Positions 44,875-57,225 of a DNA stretch of 64,000 bases are shown one piece after another. Position numbers and translations under genes: made by a program. The notes under the pieces are model-generated. The model saw only the letters and a list, made by a program, of their open reading frames with translations. It was not told where the DNA came from and searched no databases. Numbering within the stretch: position 1 is the stretch's first letter; each line of letters begins with the position of its first letter. The stretch is from Klebsiella phage fENko-Kae01. The stretch lies in the sequence record OR228459.1. One strand, given 5' to 3'.

Positions 44875-45309
44875 ATGTATACGATTTACACTGATGGATC
44901 ATGTTTAGGCAATCCGGGGCCGGGTGGTGTTGGGATTGTAGTACTTAAAGATGGAGAGGAAATTGGTCGCTTCTCTTTTGGTGAGAAGCACACCACTAAC
45001 AACCGAATGGAACTACTTGCAGCCATGAGTGGAATTGCATACGTTAAAGAAACTTTTGGTTATGATAGTAAGATAAAGGTAATAACTGATTCTCAATATG
45101 TCGTGAACGGAATGACACAATGGAGACATGGTTGGAAGAAAACAAATTGGAAAGGTTGTAAAAAGAATCTAGATTTGTGGAAAGAGATTGATGTTTTGGG
45201 GGATGATTGTGAATTTGGATGGGTTCGCGGTCATAACAAAGACCATTACAATGAAATAGCTGATGACTTAGCACAAGCAGCAGCACATGAGGCGAAGGAG
45301 ACGCAATGA
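44875..45309 (+). CDS. rnhA: ribonuclease HI (bacterial rnhA-type)
   Basis: YTDGSCLGNPGPGG, TTNNRMEL, TDSQYV, G..WK, GH.G...NE..D.LA. Confidence 0.85.
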   Translation: MYTIYTDGSCLGNPGPGGVGIVVLKDGEEIGRFSFGEKHTTNNRMELLAAMSGIAYVKETFGYDSKIKVITDSQYVVNGMTQWRHGWKKTNWKGCKKNLDLWKEIDVLGDDCEFGWVRGHNKDHYNEIADDLAQAAAHEAKETQ

Positions 45310-46652
45310 GTAATATCACGCTTACGGACAAGCAACAAGAAGTATATGATGATTTCATAGACCGAGTACACAACTTTCCGGGTCGTTCCGAATGTGTTCT
45401 AGTTGGTTATGCTGGTACTGGTAAAACAACACTAGTAGCTGAAATTGTCGAAAGTTTATATAGAGGCTATAATATAGCTGTAACATCACCAACACATAAA
45501 GCAAACTCGGTCATCCGAAAAATGCTTACACAAAATGTTGGCCTAAGTGCACAAGATGCACAAGTAAGTACTATCCATTCTTTTTTAGGATTGAAACTAG
45601 TTTATGAAAAAAATCGTCAAGTACTAAAGCATGATCCACAATCGAAAAATAGTACATCTATGGTTGATGTTCTTATCGTCGATGAATGTTCTATGATTTC
45701 TGAAGAATTGTATCAGCATATCGTTGACCAGATGTATCGTGTTCGACGTGCTATTTTGTTCGTGGGAGATTCCTGTCAGTTACCACCCGTTGAAGCGGAA
45801 GGTACTATTGGTGAATCTAAACTAAGTCCGACCTTTAATGTACCAGTAAAATATGAACTTACTGAAGTACTTCGTCAAGCGTTGGATAATCCAATTATTA
45901 GTATCGCAACTGCGATTCGTGAGTGTATTGGAACTAATGGTGATCCATTGTCAATCCTTGATACAACTTACGGACTTGATACCATCATCCCAATAGATGA
46001 TGAACAAGTATTCTTGGATGTATATAAAGAAATGATTCTTGAGCATAAGGGTTCGTCTAAGAAAATCTTTGATTTTGTTCAAGAAAATAAGATTATTGCG
46101 TACACAAACTATCGTGTTAGCCTTTCTAATATTTATATCCGAAGCGAATTATTTGATAAACATCAAGACGTTGAATTCGTAAAAGGTGAACCAATTGTCT
46201 TTGATACTGTTACTGAGAACTGCCCCTATGCGAATCAGGAAATTATTCAATGTCCTGAAGTACGCAAAGAGAGTTTCTTGGGGATTGATTGTTGGCAATT
46301 CAAACTACCTAATGGTAACTATATTCTAGGTGTTGGGCCAGAGTCAAAACAAGGTCTCGACGACTACTTAGATGATTTGGTGAAGAAGATTGAAAAGAAA
46401 GATATGAATCCTCTAACCAAACGTGCATATCAATGGCAAGACTATTACATTATCAAAAACAAAATCAACATCATTAACTATCCATATGCTACGACAGCAC
46501 ATAAATCACAAGGTAGTACTTTTGATAATATTTGGTTTGATACTGATTTCATCGAACGCATTCGTAATAATGATACCAAATGTCGTATCATTTATACTGC
46601 GATGACTCGCCCACGATACAATGTTATGTTCCGTAAAAATGGAATGTTCTAA
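45306..46652 (+). CDS. dda: Dda-like SF1B DNA helicase
   Basis: GYAGTGKTT, SPTHKA, IVDECSM, TEVLRQ, TAHKSQGSTFD, YTAMTR. Collinear with T4 Dda. Confidence 0.85.
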   Translation: MSNITLTDKQQEVYDDFIDRVHNFPGRSECVLVGYAGTGKTTLVAEIVESLYRGYNIAVTSPTHKANSVIRKMLTQNVGLSAQDAQVSTIHSFLGLKLVYEKNRQVLKHDPQSKNSTSMVDVLIVDECSMISEELYQHIVDQMYRVRRAILFVGDSCQLPPVEAEGTIGESKLSPTFNVPVKYELTEVLRQALDNPIISIATAIRECIGTNGDPLSILDTTYGLDTIIPIDDEQVFLDVYKEMILEHKGSSKKIFDFVQENKIIAYTNYRVSLSNIYIRSELFDKHQDVEFVKGEPIVFDTVTENCPYANQEIIQCPEVRKESFLGIDCWQFKLPNGNYILGVGPESKQGLDDYLDDLVKKIEKKDMNPLTKRAYQWQDYYIIKNKINIINYPYATTAHKSQGSTFDNIWFDTDFIERIRNNDTKCRIIYTAMTRPRYNVMFRKNGMF

Positions 46653-46855
46653 TGAAAGATAAAGAAGAATATGAATATCAAGCTCATAAATTCGTGTTCA
46701 GTAAAACCGTTGGTAAACAGTACTGCGTATATTGTGGTTTAGTGAATACCAATAATGATTTCACGAAATGGGCGGTAGGAAAAGGGTGTTTGAATGCTTT
46801 ACACCCTTCATATAAAAGTGTTAAACGGAAATACACTAATCGTTTTGATTTTTAA
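46652..46855 (+). CDS. small Zn-ribbon protein
   Basis: CVYCG...GC. 67 aa, ATGA-coupled. Confidence 0.45.
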   Translation: MKDKEEYEYQAHKFVFSKTVGKQYCVYCGLVNTNNDFTKWAVGKGCLNALHPSYKSVKRKYTNRFDF

Positions 46856-46893
46856 AAATAAATAAGAAAAAGTGTTCTTTATGGAGAAATAAG

Positions 46894-47433
46894 ATGAACA
46901 ATTTATTCAAAGCATTTACAATCAAGGTTCCCGGTCAAGATCTAGATGATAAGCGTTTCTTCGAGTATGAAGATTTCGATTCATCCGATATGACCACACC
47001 AACTGACGAACAAGTGCTAGCGAAAGCTATCGCTTATACTCGTATGCAACAAATCAAGCGTAAGCTATCAGAACTAACTGTACCAATTTATTGCACTGTT
47101 GAATTTGCAACAGAAGGTACAGCAAGTACTGTTCCATCAGATGCTACTATTACTGTTGGTTACATTAGCTACGAGCCATTTGTTAGTACTGCTGACCCGA
47201 TTCCAGATGAAGAATCTGCACAAATTACTGCTGCTGAAGAGGCAATCAAGAAAATCATTGATGATGCAATGGGTAGTGAACTAGTTCAAGAAATGGCTGC
47301 TGTACAGAAAATCACATCACGTACTATTACGCCTCTACTAACTAAGGAAGAAAGTTATCGTGATGTATATATGGATTACATTGATGTACCTTCCGTCACC
47401 GTATCCAGTACTGTAGCATTCGTTAAACTATAA
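46894..47433 (+). CDS. hypothetical acidic protein
   Basis: 179 aa. Confidence 0.5.
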   Translation: MNNLFKAFTIKVPGQDLDDKRFFEYEDFDSSDMTTPTDEQVLAKAIAYTRMQQIKRKLSELTVPIYCTVEFATEGTASTVPSDATITVGYISYEPFVSTADPIPDEESAQITAAEEAIKKIIDDAMGSELVQEMAAVQKITSRTITPLLTKEESYRDVYMDYIDVPSVTVSSTVAFVKL

Positions 47434-47443
47434 TATTTTTAGC

Positions 47444-47656
47444 ATGGAGTCTATTGACATGGAACAGAAAGCCTTTTATAATCGTATGTATGAAAACCGT
47501 GAAGCATTTGAAAAAGTGATTTACGAGTTGGAACAAATGATTGACCAAGCACCTAATGCTCGCACACGCACCCAAGCTGAGTTGGCTAAGAACCAACTTA
47601 TTCAGGTACAAATGATTGCTGATGCATTTCGTGAATATAGTAACAAAAAGGGTTGA
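47444..47656 (+). CDS. hypothetical protein
   Basis: 70 aa, helical. Confidence 0.45.
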   Translation: MESIDMEQKAFYNRMYENREAFEKVIYELEQMIDQAPNARTRTQAELAKNQLIQVQMIADAFREYSNKKG

Positions 47657-47681
47657 CAGCCCTTTTTAAATGACATATAAT
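47653..47681 (+). promoter_or_regulatory. perfect sigma70 consensus promoter: TTGACA, 17 bp, TATAAT
   Basis: ttgaca at 47653-47658, a 17-nt spacer, tataat at 47676-47681. Distinct from the TTGGGACA family. Confidence 0.6.
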
Positions 47682-47715
47682 ATACATAACTTAATACGAC
47701 TGGAGTCTATAATAC

Positions 47716-48222
47716 ATGAAAGAAATTATTGCCAATAAAGAAATCAAAGCTAAAACTGTTCGTCTAGTCACTGGCAGTGGTAGTGATGTAGTGGCAATTT
47801 CAGAAGCACTTAACCGTGCTGACGCATTGGGTCTTGACCTCATTCAAGTGAATGATGGTGATGTGCCTGTGGTTAAAATTGTGGATTTGAACAAACACAA
47901 GTTCGAACTCAAACAAGCAGAAAAAGAAGCACAACGTAAGCAGCGTCAGAACGTAACGCAAGTTAAAGAAGTTCAGTTCTCTTTCAAAACACAAGAGAAT
48001 GATCTTAAAGTAAAAGCGAAATCTGCTTCCAAATTCCTTTCAGAAGGAAAACATGTTCGTGTCGTAATGGCAGTTGAAGGGCGTATCGCTGGTAACCAAG
48101 CACTACTAGAACAGAATACATCCTTCTTGAAACAATTCGTAAATCGTCTCGGTGATGTAGAATTTGTTCAAAATGTTGAAGTACAGGGCAAAAAAGCCAC
48201 GTGTGTAATCAAGAACAAATAA
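47716..48222 (+). CDS. translation initiation factor IF-3 homologue
   Basis: Collinear with bacterial IF3. N-domain is KAKTVRLVTGSGSDVVAISEAL..A..LGLDLIQV. C-domain is VKEVQFSFKTQENDLKVKAKSASKFL..GKHVRVVM. Confidence 0.75.
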   Translation: MKEIIANKEIKAKTVRLVTGSGSDVVAISEALNRADALGLDLIQVNDGDVPVVKIVDLNKHKFELKQAEKEAQRKQRQNVTQVKEVQFSFKTQENDLKVKAKSASKFLSEGKHVRVVMAVEGRIAGNQALLEQNTSFLKQFVNRLGDVEFVQNVEVQGKKATCVIKNK

Positions 48223-48234
48223 CGAGGTATTAAT

Positions 48235-48786
48235 ATGAAACAACTTGAAGTACAGGAAGTATTCTCCCTAGATTCATATAGTGTTATCAAAGCATCTTAT
48301 GGGGAATCTAATTATTACATCGCTGGTAAACATGACATTACTGACTACGTTAATGCTGTAGCACGTGGTTCACAAGAGCGTAATGTCAATAAGAATGTAC
48401 TTGAAGAAGGTTTACGTTTATTCTTCAGGCATAATCCCGAAAAAGATGTACTTAATGTACCCACATTCGACCTAGTACTGTATGATGACCCAAACACTTC
48501 TGCTGAATATGTTATGGAAATGTGTATGGATCTATTTCATTACAATGAGGAACAGGCAGAAGCAGTTGTTAAAGCTCTAAACGGTAAAGAACATTGCTAT
48601 GCAGTTGGCTCTTTCACTGAAGAAATGTGTATTACTTATGCATCAATGTTCATGAATGGAAATCAGCAGCTAAATCAAAATCTTGGGGTTGACTATATCC
48701 CCAATCCAATTAAGCCTCAAAGCTATGAAGCAGCGATGGCAACGTTAGAAAACTTAATCCGTCGCGATTACCCTAACGATATCTAA
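48235..48786 (+). CDS. ClpS-like adaptor domain protein
   Basis: FDLVLYDDPNTSAEYVMEMCMDLFHYNEEQAEAVVKALNGKEHCYAVGSFTEEMC resembles ClpS [20 protein letters not shown]...AICGVFTAEVAE. Confidence 0.55.
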   Translation: MKQLEVQEVFSLDSYSVIKASYGESNYYIAGKHDITDYVNAVARGSQERNVNKNVLEEGLRLFFRHNPEKDVLNVPTFDLVLYDDPNTSAEYVMEMCMDLFHYNEEQAEAVVKALNGKEHCYAVGSFTEEMCITYASMFMNGNQQLNQNLGVDYIPNPIKPQSYEAAMATLENLIRRDYPNDI

Positions 48787-48794
48787 TCAAATAA

Positions 48795-50948
<2,154 letters not shown>

Positions 50949-53585
50949 ATGCCTAGTAAATCAAAAGCACAAGCAAGATTCTTCGCGGCAGCAGCACACA
51001 ACCCTGACTTTGCTAAAAAAGCAGGGATTTCATCTAGTGCAGCCAAAGAATGGAATCAGGCAGATAAAAAAGCAGGAACTCTCAAGAAAGGTTCCAAAAA
51101 ACCAGAACGTGTTAAAGAAGAAATCCTCGACGAAGAAATTCTAGATGAAGCGAGTGGTGTTGGTAATTTTCCAGTACCACCATCTTCAATGAAGTTAATT
51201 AGAAAATATGCTTCATCTATTCTTTTAACATATGCATATAAATCCTATCAGAAATATGCTAACAGTACTGACGATGATGAATTGGATAAGCTAGCAGCTA
51301 AGAAGATTTTACCATTCTTACAACGTTTCCAGAAGAAATTCGATGCTTCAGTACTAAATGATGCAAGTATGAAGCGTTATGTTAACCAAAGTATTAGTGT
51401 ACCATTAGATCACGAAGCTGTGTTTAATGAGTTGCCTAAATCTTTGCAAACAGAAAAAGTTCATGCTATTATTAATAAAATGCGTCTATTCATTACATTC
51501 GATGCACGATATGGCAGTAGGGCTGGTGGTCATGCTAGACAGATCAATGCAAACACAACAGAAATTGTATTGGCACTACATCCAAGTTATTATGAATTTA
51601 GCGTTGCTGGTGGTACTGATAGTCTAGAAAATACTATGCACCAATTACAATATTTCATGAGCGGAATTGACCATGAAGTACAACATGCTTTTCAACAGAT
51701 TGTAACTGCTCAAGTAAGTTCTGAAAATGATAAGAATAGAGAACAGAAACAAGGTTATGGTAGTATGGACGATGCATATTTTGCAAGTGGTGTTGAATTT
51801 GGCCCACAAACACAAGATATGATTAACATTGCCAATCACTGGCTTGAAATTCAAAATGATGAAGGGAAACTATCCGGTAAGCCAAATGTGGATATTTCAA
51901 ACGCGATTAAGTACGTTATGAATCGCATGAAAACAACACAGGGTCGTATCTATAAAGCATTAATGAATTATAAAGAAGATGGTAGAGCCAAAAAACACTT
52001 AGCATTAATTTATAAAGGTATTGCTAAAGAGTACGAAAATATTTTAAATCAAGAAGAACACGGTGATTTAGATTTAGAACCAAAAGAAGTTGATGGTGGT
52101 GATGCAGAAAATCGCGTATACCATTCAAATACAAATGGCCCAGATGATGAAGCTGATCCAAATAATCCGATGGTTAAGATTTATCGCAAGTTAGAACGCT
52201 ACGGCATGTTGCCATATAGTATAGAAGAGAAACGTGAACATGGTAAAAGAGTTGATATAACTCAAAACCCATATAACGACCCATCTAATATGGTTTATGC
52301 AACAACTGATGGCGGTATTGTGCGTTTCTGGCATCGCAATAACGTAATTGAAATTCAAGCGTGGTCTGATGGTAAAAACCCTTCAGATGGAAATATGGTT
52401 TCAGTTAATATTCCTGAAGATAAAGTATCTATTGTCATTGATAATTCAAATATGTTTGATAATTTTAAATCCATTGAGAACTTCACAAAAACTGCGGAAC
52501 AAGATATGAATGCAGTTACTATGTCTATCGATGAAATAGCAGATCAATTCCAATCATGGTACGATAATGCGGCTTTCTGGTATGATGATACTGAAGGTAA
52601 AGGTTTAAACTTTGAATTAGATGAAGGAACAGTGTTCTTTAATTTAAAAGGAACACGTTATTCAATGTATATTCAAGAAGCATTAAAAGATGCAGCAGTA
52701 CTTTACAATACTACAACAGAAGAAGAAATTGGATACATTAAGTACTCAGATCTTGAAGAGGTAATGACTTCTATTTTCTCTTTATATTTCCAAGGAACAG
52801 AACGTCAATTCAACAGGCTAATTAAAAATCTAGGAACAAGCTCAGGATATATTGATATGAAATCTTTAGATGAAACATGGAAATATGTTGTTGATAGTTC
52901 CAAGAAGCCAGTAGAAGAATCGTCTATGCGTGGTTTCATGGATTTAGTACAAGATGCGGAAATTGCAGATAGTATTGATCAAGCTGATAAAATGACACTT
53001 TCAAATCTAGAGCGTCGTAAAGCTAAAAAAAGTAATGATAATATCAATCAATTAGGAGAAGAAGAACAATTAGATGAAATGCCACAGCGTTTTGATTCAT
53101 TCCAAGATCAAAATCCTGATGAATTTGTTGATAAAACCGCTGAACTAACTGGTAAGAGTAATTTAGTTCCTTTTTCCGAGCATCCAAACTTTACCGTAAT
53201 GCGTAATAAGAACTATACTGGTTTTATTGCATTTGATAAAGAAGGTAAGCAAATTGCTGTAGTTAGTGGTTATCTATCACAAGATGCTGTACTAGGTGTT
53301 AAGAATGTATTTGAAGTAGCTGCGACCGCATCTAAGACTTCAGTTAAAGGTGTTATGTATCAAATCTTCATGGATATGATTAACGCTGGTATTTCAGTAC
53401 TAAGCGACACTTTACATTCTGATAGTGCTATTAAATTCTGGACTCGCTTAATCAGTTCACATAATGTATATGTTGTGGGTGATGGTGAAGTTCTAGCAAA
53501 AGCAACACCAGAAAAAGTACACAAGTACTGGAGTGATGATGAGAACAGCCCAAGTGCTGAACTTCAACTTCTCTTAACGAAGTGA
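50949..53585 (+). CDS. large HExxH-motif protein, paralogue 2 (878 aa)
   Basis: IDHEVQHAFQ, then YFASGVEFGPQTQDMINIA, aligning with the previous gene. Has an extra C-terminal region of about 350 aa. Confidence 0.55.
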   Translation: MPSKSKAQARFFAAAAHNPDFAKKAGISSSAAKEWNQADKKAGTLKKGSKKPERVKEEILDEEILDEASGVGNFPVPPSSMKLIRKYASSILLTYAYKSYQKYANSTDDDELDKLAAKKILPFLQRFQKKFDASVLNDASMKRYVNQSISVPLDHEAVFNELPKSLQTEKVHAIINKMRLFITFDARYGSRAGGHARQINANTTEIVLALHPSYYEFSVAGGTDSLENTMHQLQYFMSGIDHEVQHAFQQIVTAQVSSENDKNREQKQGYGSMDDAYFASGVEFGPQTQDMINIANHWLEIQNDEGKLSGKPNVDISNAIKYVMNRMKTTQGRIYKALMNYKEDGRAKKHLALIYKGIAKEYENILNQEEHGDLDLEPKEVDGGDAENRVYHSNTNGPDDEADPNNPMVKIYRKLERYGMLPYSIEEKREHGKRVDITQNPYNDPSNMVYATTDGGIVRFWHRNNVIEIQAWSDGKNPSDGNMVSVNIPEDKVSIVIDNSNMFDNFKSIENFTKTAEQDMNAVTMSIDEIADQFQSWYDNAAFWYDDTEGKGLNFELDEGTVFFNLKGTRYSMYIQEALKDAAVLYNTTTEEEIGYIKYSDLEEVMTSIFSLYFQGTERQFNRLIKNLGTSSGYIDMKSLDETWKYVVDSSKKPVEESSMRGFMDLVQDAEIADSIDQADKMTLSNLERRKAKKSNDNINQLGEEEQLDEMPQRFDSFQDQNPDEFVDKTAELTGKSNLVPFSEHPNFTVMRNKNYTGFIAFDKEGKQIAVVSGYLSQDAVLGVKNVFEVAATASKTSVKGVMYQIFMDMINAGISVLSDTLHSDSAIKFWTRLISSHNVYVVGDGEVLAKATPEKVHKYWSDDENSPSAELQLLLTK

Positions 53586-53605
53586 AAATCTGAAAGATAA
53601 ATAAA

Positions 53606-53641
53606 ATCGGAAGCATCCTGTGATGTTTCCGATATTTTTTT
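53606..53641 (+). terminator. intrinsic terminator abutting the next promoter
   Basis: atcggaa-(gcatcctgtgatgt)-ttccgat followed by T8. Confidence 0.7.
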
Positions 53642-53670
53642 GAGACAAAGAAGCAAAAATGTGATATAAT
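53640..53670 (+). promoter_or_regulatory. promoter family copy 11 (TTGAGACA variant)
   Basis: ttgagaca at 53640-53647 and tgtgatataat at 53660-53670. Confidence 0.55.
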
Positions 53671-53707
53671 ATTAGAGCTAAGAAACAAAGAGACAAGGAC
53701 AGCAAAA

Positions 53708-55681
53708 ATGGCAAAAGAAAAGAAATCCTCATCCGTGCTTTCTGAACATGACGTTCAGCGACTTAACGATTATCAACATGCTCGCATTCGTACTGAAATG
53801 TACTTAGGTTCACGTTCTGTTCACGAACACCAAGTGGTGCTTTTCAGCGAAGAAGGCTATAACGTCCAGAACCTAGAATGGGTTCCAGCACTTGTTACAG
53901 CATTTCGTGAGATTATTGATAACTCTTTAGATGAGTTCAAAAAGGCTGGTACAAAAGATCCAGTACTTAAAATTCAATACAATGAAGAAGACCTATCATT
54001 TGAAATCAGTGATAATGGTCGTGGGATTCCAATTGACTATGTACCAGAGTTTGATGTACATCTATGTACAATGGTACTAACCGAGACTAAAACAGGTCGT
54101 AACTTCGATGACTCAAAACGCGAAGGTACTATCGGTCAAAACGGTCTAGGGGGTTCAATTACGATGTGTGTGAGTTCTAAAGCAGAAATCGAAATCCATC
54201 GTAAAGGTCGCCCATACAAAACTGTTTCATCCAATGACGGTTATGATGGCGTATATAAGTTCACCCAGAAGTTCAAAGAAGGTACTCTACTATTCCCTGA
54301 ACTAGATATTCAAGAACCTACTATTCGCAAAGTACAAGCAGATAAAACAGGTACTTCTATTAGCTTTACGCTAAGTCCTGAAGTATTCAAGAATCGTAAA
54401 CTTCCTATGGAACTTGTTTACAGTATTCTAAAAGAAATTGCTTCTGCTAACCCATCATATAAAATCATTCTTAATGGTAAGAAGATTGCCACTAAGACTA
54501 GCCCAGAGAAAACACTCTTTGGTGTAAACAAAATGATGAATCTACATGTCGTAGATGAAAGCATTGGCTTTGACAGTACTTTCTACATTGTTCCAAATGC
54601 TGTTACTGGTATGAATACAAACTTCCATATGCAAGGTATTGTAAATAATGCTCCAGCATTTGATGGTGGTACTCACCTCGAAACGTTCAAGAAACATTTT
54701 GCACTAGGTGTAAGTACTGCACTAGAAAAAGAATCTAAAAAGCGTAAGATGAATCCTAACCGGGCAGATATCGAAGAAGGTTTGATGATTTATAATGTGA
54801 CAACAATGAATGCTCCTTCATTCAACTCACAAATTAAATCCAAACTAACGAACGAAAACGTAGTACGTCCAGTACAGAAAGCGATGACACCAGAGTTCTT
54901 TGAAGAACTAGTTAAGAAGAATCGTGATTGGGTGGAAGAGATTTTCGAACGTACCGCTGCTCGTACAAACAAAAAAGACGCAGAAGAAGATCGTCGTTTA
55001 GCCAAGAAACTACTAAAGGCTAAAGTTGCAAAACTTCTCGATGCTACTGGTACTGATCGCAGTTCCTGTATCCTTCTAATTGCAGAAGGTGATTCCGCAG
55101 TAAGTAACATGTCTGCTGCTCGTGATTCAAAAGTACATGGCATTCTACCGTTACGTGGTAAAATTAAAAACGTAAACGGTACTGAGAAAACTAAAGACCT
55201 AATGGACAGTGATGCACTAAAAGATATTATGGCTTCACTAAACCTTGTACCCGGACAGAAAGCAATACGTTCAGAATTGAACTACGGTAAACTTTATATC
55301 TGTGCCGACGAAGATGAGGATGGTAAAAACATTGGTGCATTAGTTTGTAACTTCCTATTTAAATTCTGGCCTGAACTATTCGAAGATCCAGAAAATCCAT
55401 TTGTTTATATCTTTAAAACTCCATTTATTATTTTGGAGAAAGGTAAAGAAAGTCGTTATTACTATGGTCACAACGTAGATGAATACGTACCAGAAGAATG
55501 GAAAGGATGGAAAGCAACACGTGCTAAAGGTTTGGGTACTCTAGAAAAGAGTAACTTCCGTGATGCTTTAACTAACGGCGTAGCAATCGCGATTATTGAC
55601 GATGGCAATCTAGGTACAACCCTAGACCTAATCTTTAACAAAGAACGTGCTGATGACCGTAAAGAATGGATGAAAGACTAA
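53708..55681 (+). CDS. type II DNA topoisomerase, large ATPase/Toprim subunit (T4 gp39-like, GyrB-like)
   Basis: GHKL N-box EIIDNSLDE, GLGG, Toprim LIAEGDSA, DEDEDG. Confidence 0.85.
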   Translation: MAKEKKSSSVLSEHDVQRLNDYQHARIRTEMYLGSRSVHEHQVVLFSEEGYNVQNLEWVPALVTAFREIIDNSLDEFKKAGTKDPVLKIQYNEEDLSFEISDNGRGIPIDYVPEFDVHLCTMVLTETKTGRNFDDSKREGTIGQNGLGGSITMCVSSKAEIEIHRKGRPYKTVSSNDGYDGVYKFTQKFKEGTLLFPELDIQEPTIRKVQADKTGTSISFTLSPEVFKNRKLPMELVYSILKEIASANPSYKIILNGKKIATKTSPEKTLFGVNKMMNLHVVDESIGFDSTFYIVPNAVTGMNTNFHMQGIVNNAPAFDGGTHLETFKKHFALGVSTALEKESKKRKMNPNRADIEEGLMIYNVTTMNAPSFNSQIKSKLTNENVVRPVQKAMTPEFFEELVKKNRDWVEEIFERTAARTNKKDAEEDRRLAKKLLKAKVAKLLDATGTDRSSCILLIAEGDSAVSNMSAARDSKVHGILPLRGKIKNVNGTEKTKDLMDSDALKDIMASLNLVPGQKAIRSELNYGKLYICADEDEDGKNIGALVCNFLFKFWPELFEDPENPFVYIFKTPFIILEKGKESRYYYGHNVDEYVPEEWKGWKATRAKGLGTLEKSNFRDALTNGVAIAIIDDGNLGTTLDLIFNKERADDRKEWMKD

Positions 55682-55733
55682 GATAAGAAAAGGGGTACTT
55701 GGATGTACCCCGAAATAACAAAGAGGCAAAGGA

Positions 55734-57152
55734 ATGGCTAAATCTACAAAGAAACAATCGTCTAATGCAATTGAAAATGCAACACTAACACTACTAAAAT
55801 ATAATAGTTCTGACTACATCAACCAATCGTCATTGGAATATGCTGTCAGTACTCTTGATCGGGGTATTCCCGGAATTGATGGCTTGAAAAGCTCTCAACG
55901 TAAAGCGATTTTTACGCTCAGTAAAATCTCAGGTGAGATTAAAACCGTATCAGCAGCAGGTCGCATGATTAGTGACGGTATCTACCTTCACGGTGATGCA
56001 TCAGCATCCGGTACGCTACAAAACCTCGCAAGTCCCGTAGCAAACAACTATCCACTAATCGGCAAACGTGGTGGTTTCGGTACACAAGTCAATACCACTC
56101 CAGCTAGTGCTCGTTACACTTACGTTAAACGTACCGCAGTAACTGAAGCGTTGGTTTTACGTGATATGGATATTGTACCAATGCAGGAAAACTACGATGG
56201 TACAACAATGGAACCAACTCACTTCCTACCAATTATACCATTATCTTTATTCGGAAACGATAGTATGTCGGTTGGTTATAAGAGTTTGATTCTACCTTAC
56301 AAGATTGAAGAAATTATTGATAACTGCATTCGTGTTATCAATAAGAAAGAACTAAAAGAAATGACTCCATGCTTTACCTACCTAGGTGCAAGCGACGTAG
56401 TTGGAAAACTCGATGAGAATAAGTATGAGTTTTATGGACGTGCAGAAGTAATTGATGCAAGTACTGTAAAAATTCTAGGTCTACCACCTCGTGTAAAAAT
56501 CGAAGCATTCATTGAAAAACTCATCGCAATGCAAGACAGTGGTGAGATTCGTGACTACGATAATGACAGTACTGATACTATCGACATTACAATTAAACTA
56601 CCACGTGGTACATGTGCCAAGTGGACGGAAAAGGATGTTATAAAGTACTTTGGACTTTCTAGTAAGCTAACACAATCTCTAGTTGTGTTAGGAGAAAACG
56701 GTTTAGTTAAAGTGTATAGTAGTACATCTGACTTAATTCGTGATTTCGTAAACTTCCGTTTCAAATATTACGTGAAGCGTTATGAGAATCTATTAGCGAA
56801 AGCAGAAGCAGAAGTACGTTATAAAGCACTAGTAGCTAAATGTTTTGAGAACGAAATGGTTACGAAGATTAAAGATTTTCAAAACCGCCAAGAACTAGTT
56901 GAGTTTGTTACATCATTAAATGATGACATTGGTGCAACCGATGAGAATATTCAAAACATCGTAAACTACGCATCATATCGTTGGACACAAGAGAACTATG
57001 ATAAGACACTAGAAGAAATTCAAGCAGCTTTAGCCTTGATGAGTCAATATCAAGAACTACTTGATGACAAAGAACAAATTTGGCAAATTTATGCATCCGA
57101 ACTTCGTGAACTACGTAAGATGGATTGCACACCAAAAGCTGAAAAAGACTAA
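55734..57152 (+). CDS. type II DNA topoisomerase, DNA-cleavage subunit (T4 gp52-like, GyrA-like)
   Basis: GLKSSQRKA. Active-site region ARYTYV. GyrA N-terminal-like. Confidence 0.8.
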   Translation: MAKSTKKQSSNAIENATLTLLKYNSSDYINQSSLEYAVSTLDRGIPGIDGLKSSQRKAIFTLSKISGEIKTVSAAGRMISDGIYLHGDASASGTLQNLASPVANNYPLIGKRGGFGTQVNTTPASARYTYVKRTAVTEALVLRDMDIVPMQENYDGTTMEPTHFLPIIPLSLFGNDSMSVGYKSLILPYKIEEIIDNCIRVINKKELKEMTPCFTYLGASDVVGKLDENKYEFYGRAEVIDASTVKILGLPPRVKIEAFIEKLIAMQDSGEIRDYDNDSTDTIDITIKLPRGTCAKWTEKDVIKYFGLSSKLTQSLVVLGENGLVKVYSSTSDLIRDFVNFRFKYYVKRYENLLAKAEAEVRYKALVAKCFENEMVTKIKDFQNRQELVEFVTSLNDDIGATDENIQNIVNYASYRWTQENYDKTLEEIQAALALMSQYQELLDDKEQIWQIYASELRELRKMDCTPKAEKD

Positions 57153-57156
57153 TTAT

Positions 57157-57182
57157 TAAAGGATGCCTAGTGCATCCTTTAC
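57157..57182 (+). terminator. intrinsic terminator
   Basis: aaggatgc-ctagt-gcatcctt followed by tactatt. Same stem sequence as the terminator at 13736. Confidence 0.55.
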
Positions 57183-57185
57183 TAT

Positions 57186-57193
57186 TATAAATA
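57186..57193 (+). promoter_or_regulatory. T4-late-like TATAAATA box
   Basis: tataaata 33 nt upstream of ATG 57226. Confidence 0.3.
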
Positions 57194-57225
57194 CGTTAGC
57201 TTTTAAATATTTTGGAGAATTAAAT

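Noticed and set aside
47691-47700. TAATACGACT, the first 10 nt of the T7 class III promoter, upstream of the IF3-like gene
   Set aside because: Only 10 of 23 positions match. The following bases (tggagtcta) diverge from CACTATAG. No T7-type RNA polymerase signal is seen in the window. Probably chance.
57163-57225. The 5' extension of ORF 57163-59610 as given in the track
   Set aside because: The extension begins inside the terminator hairpin of the topoisomerase operon. A GGAG RBS precedes ATG 57226.
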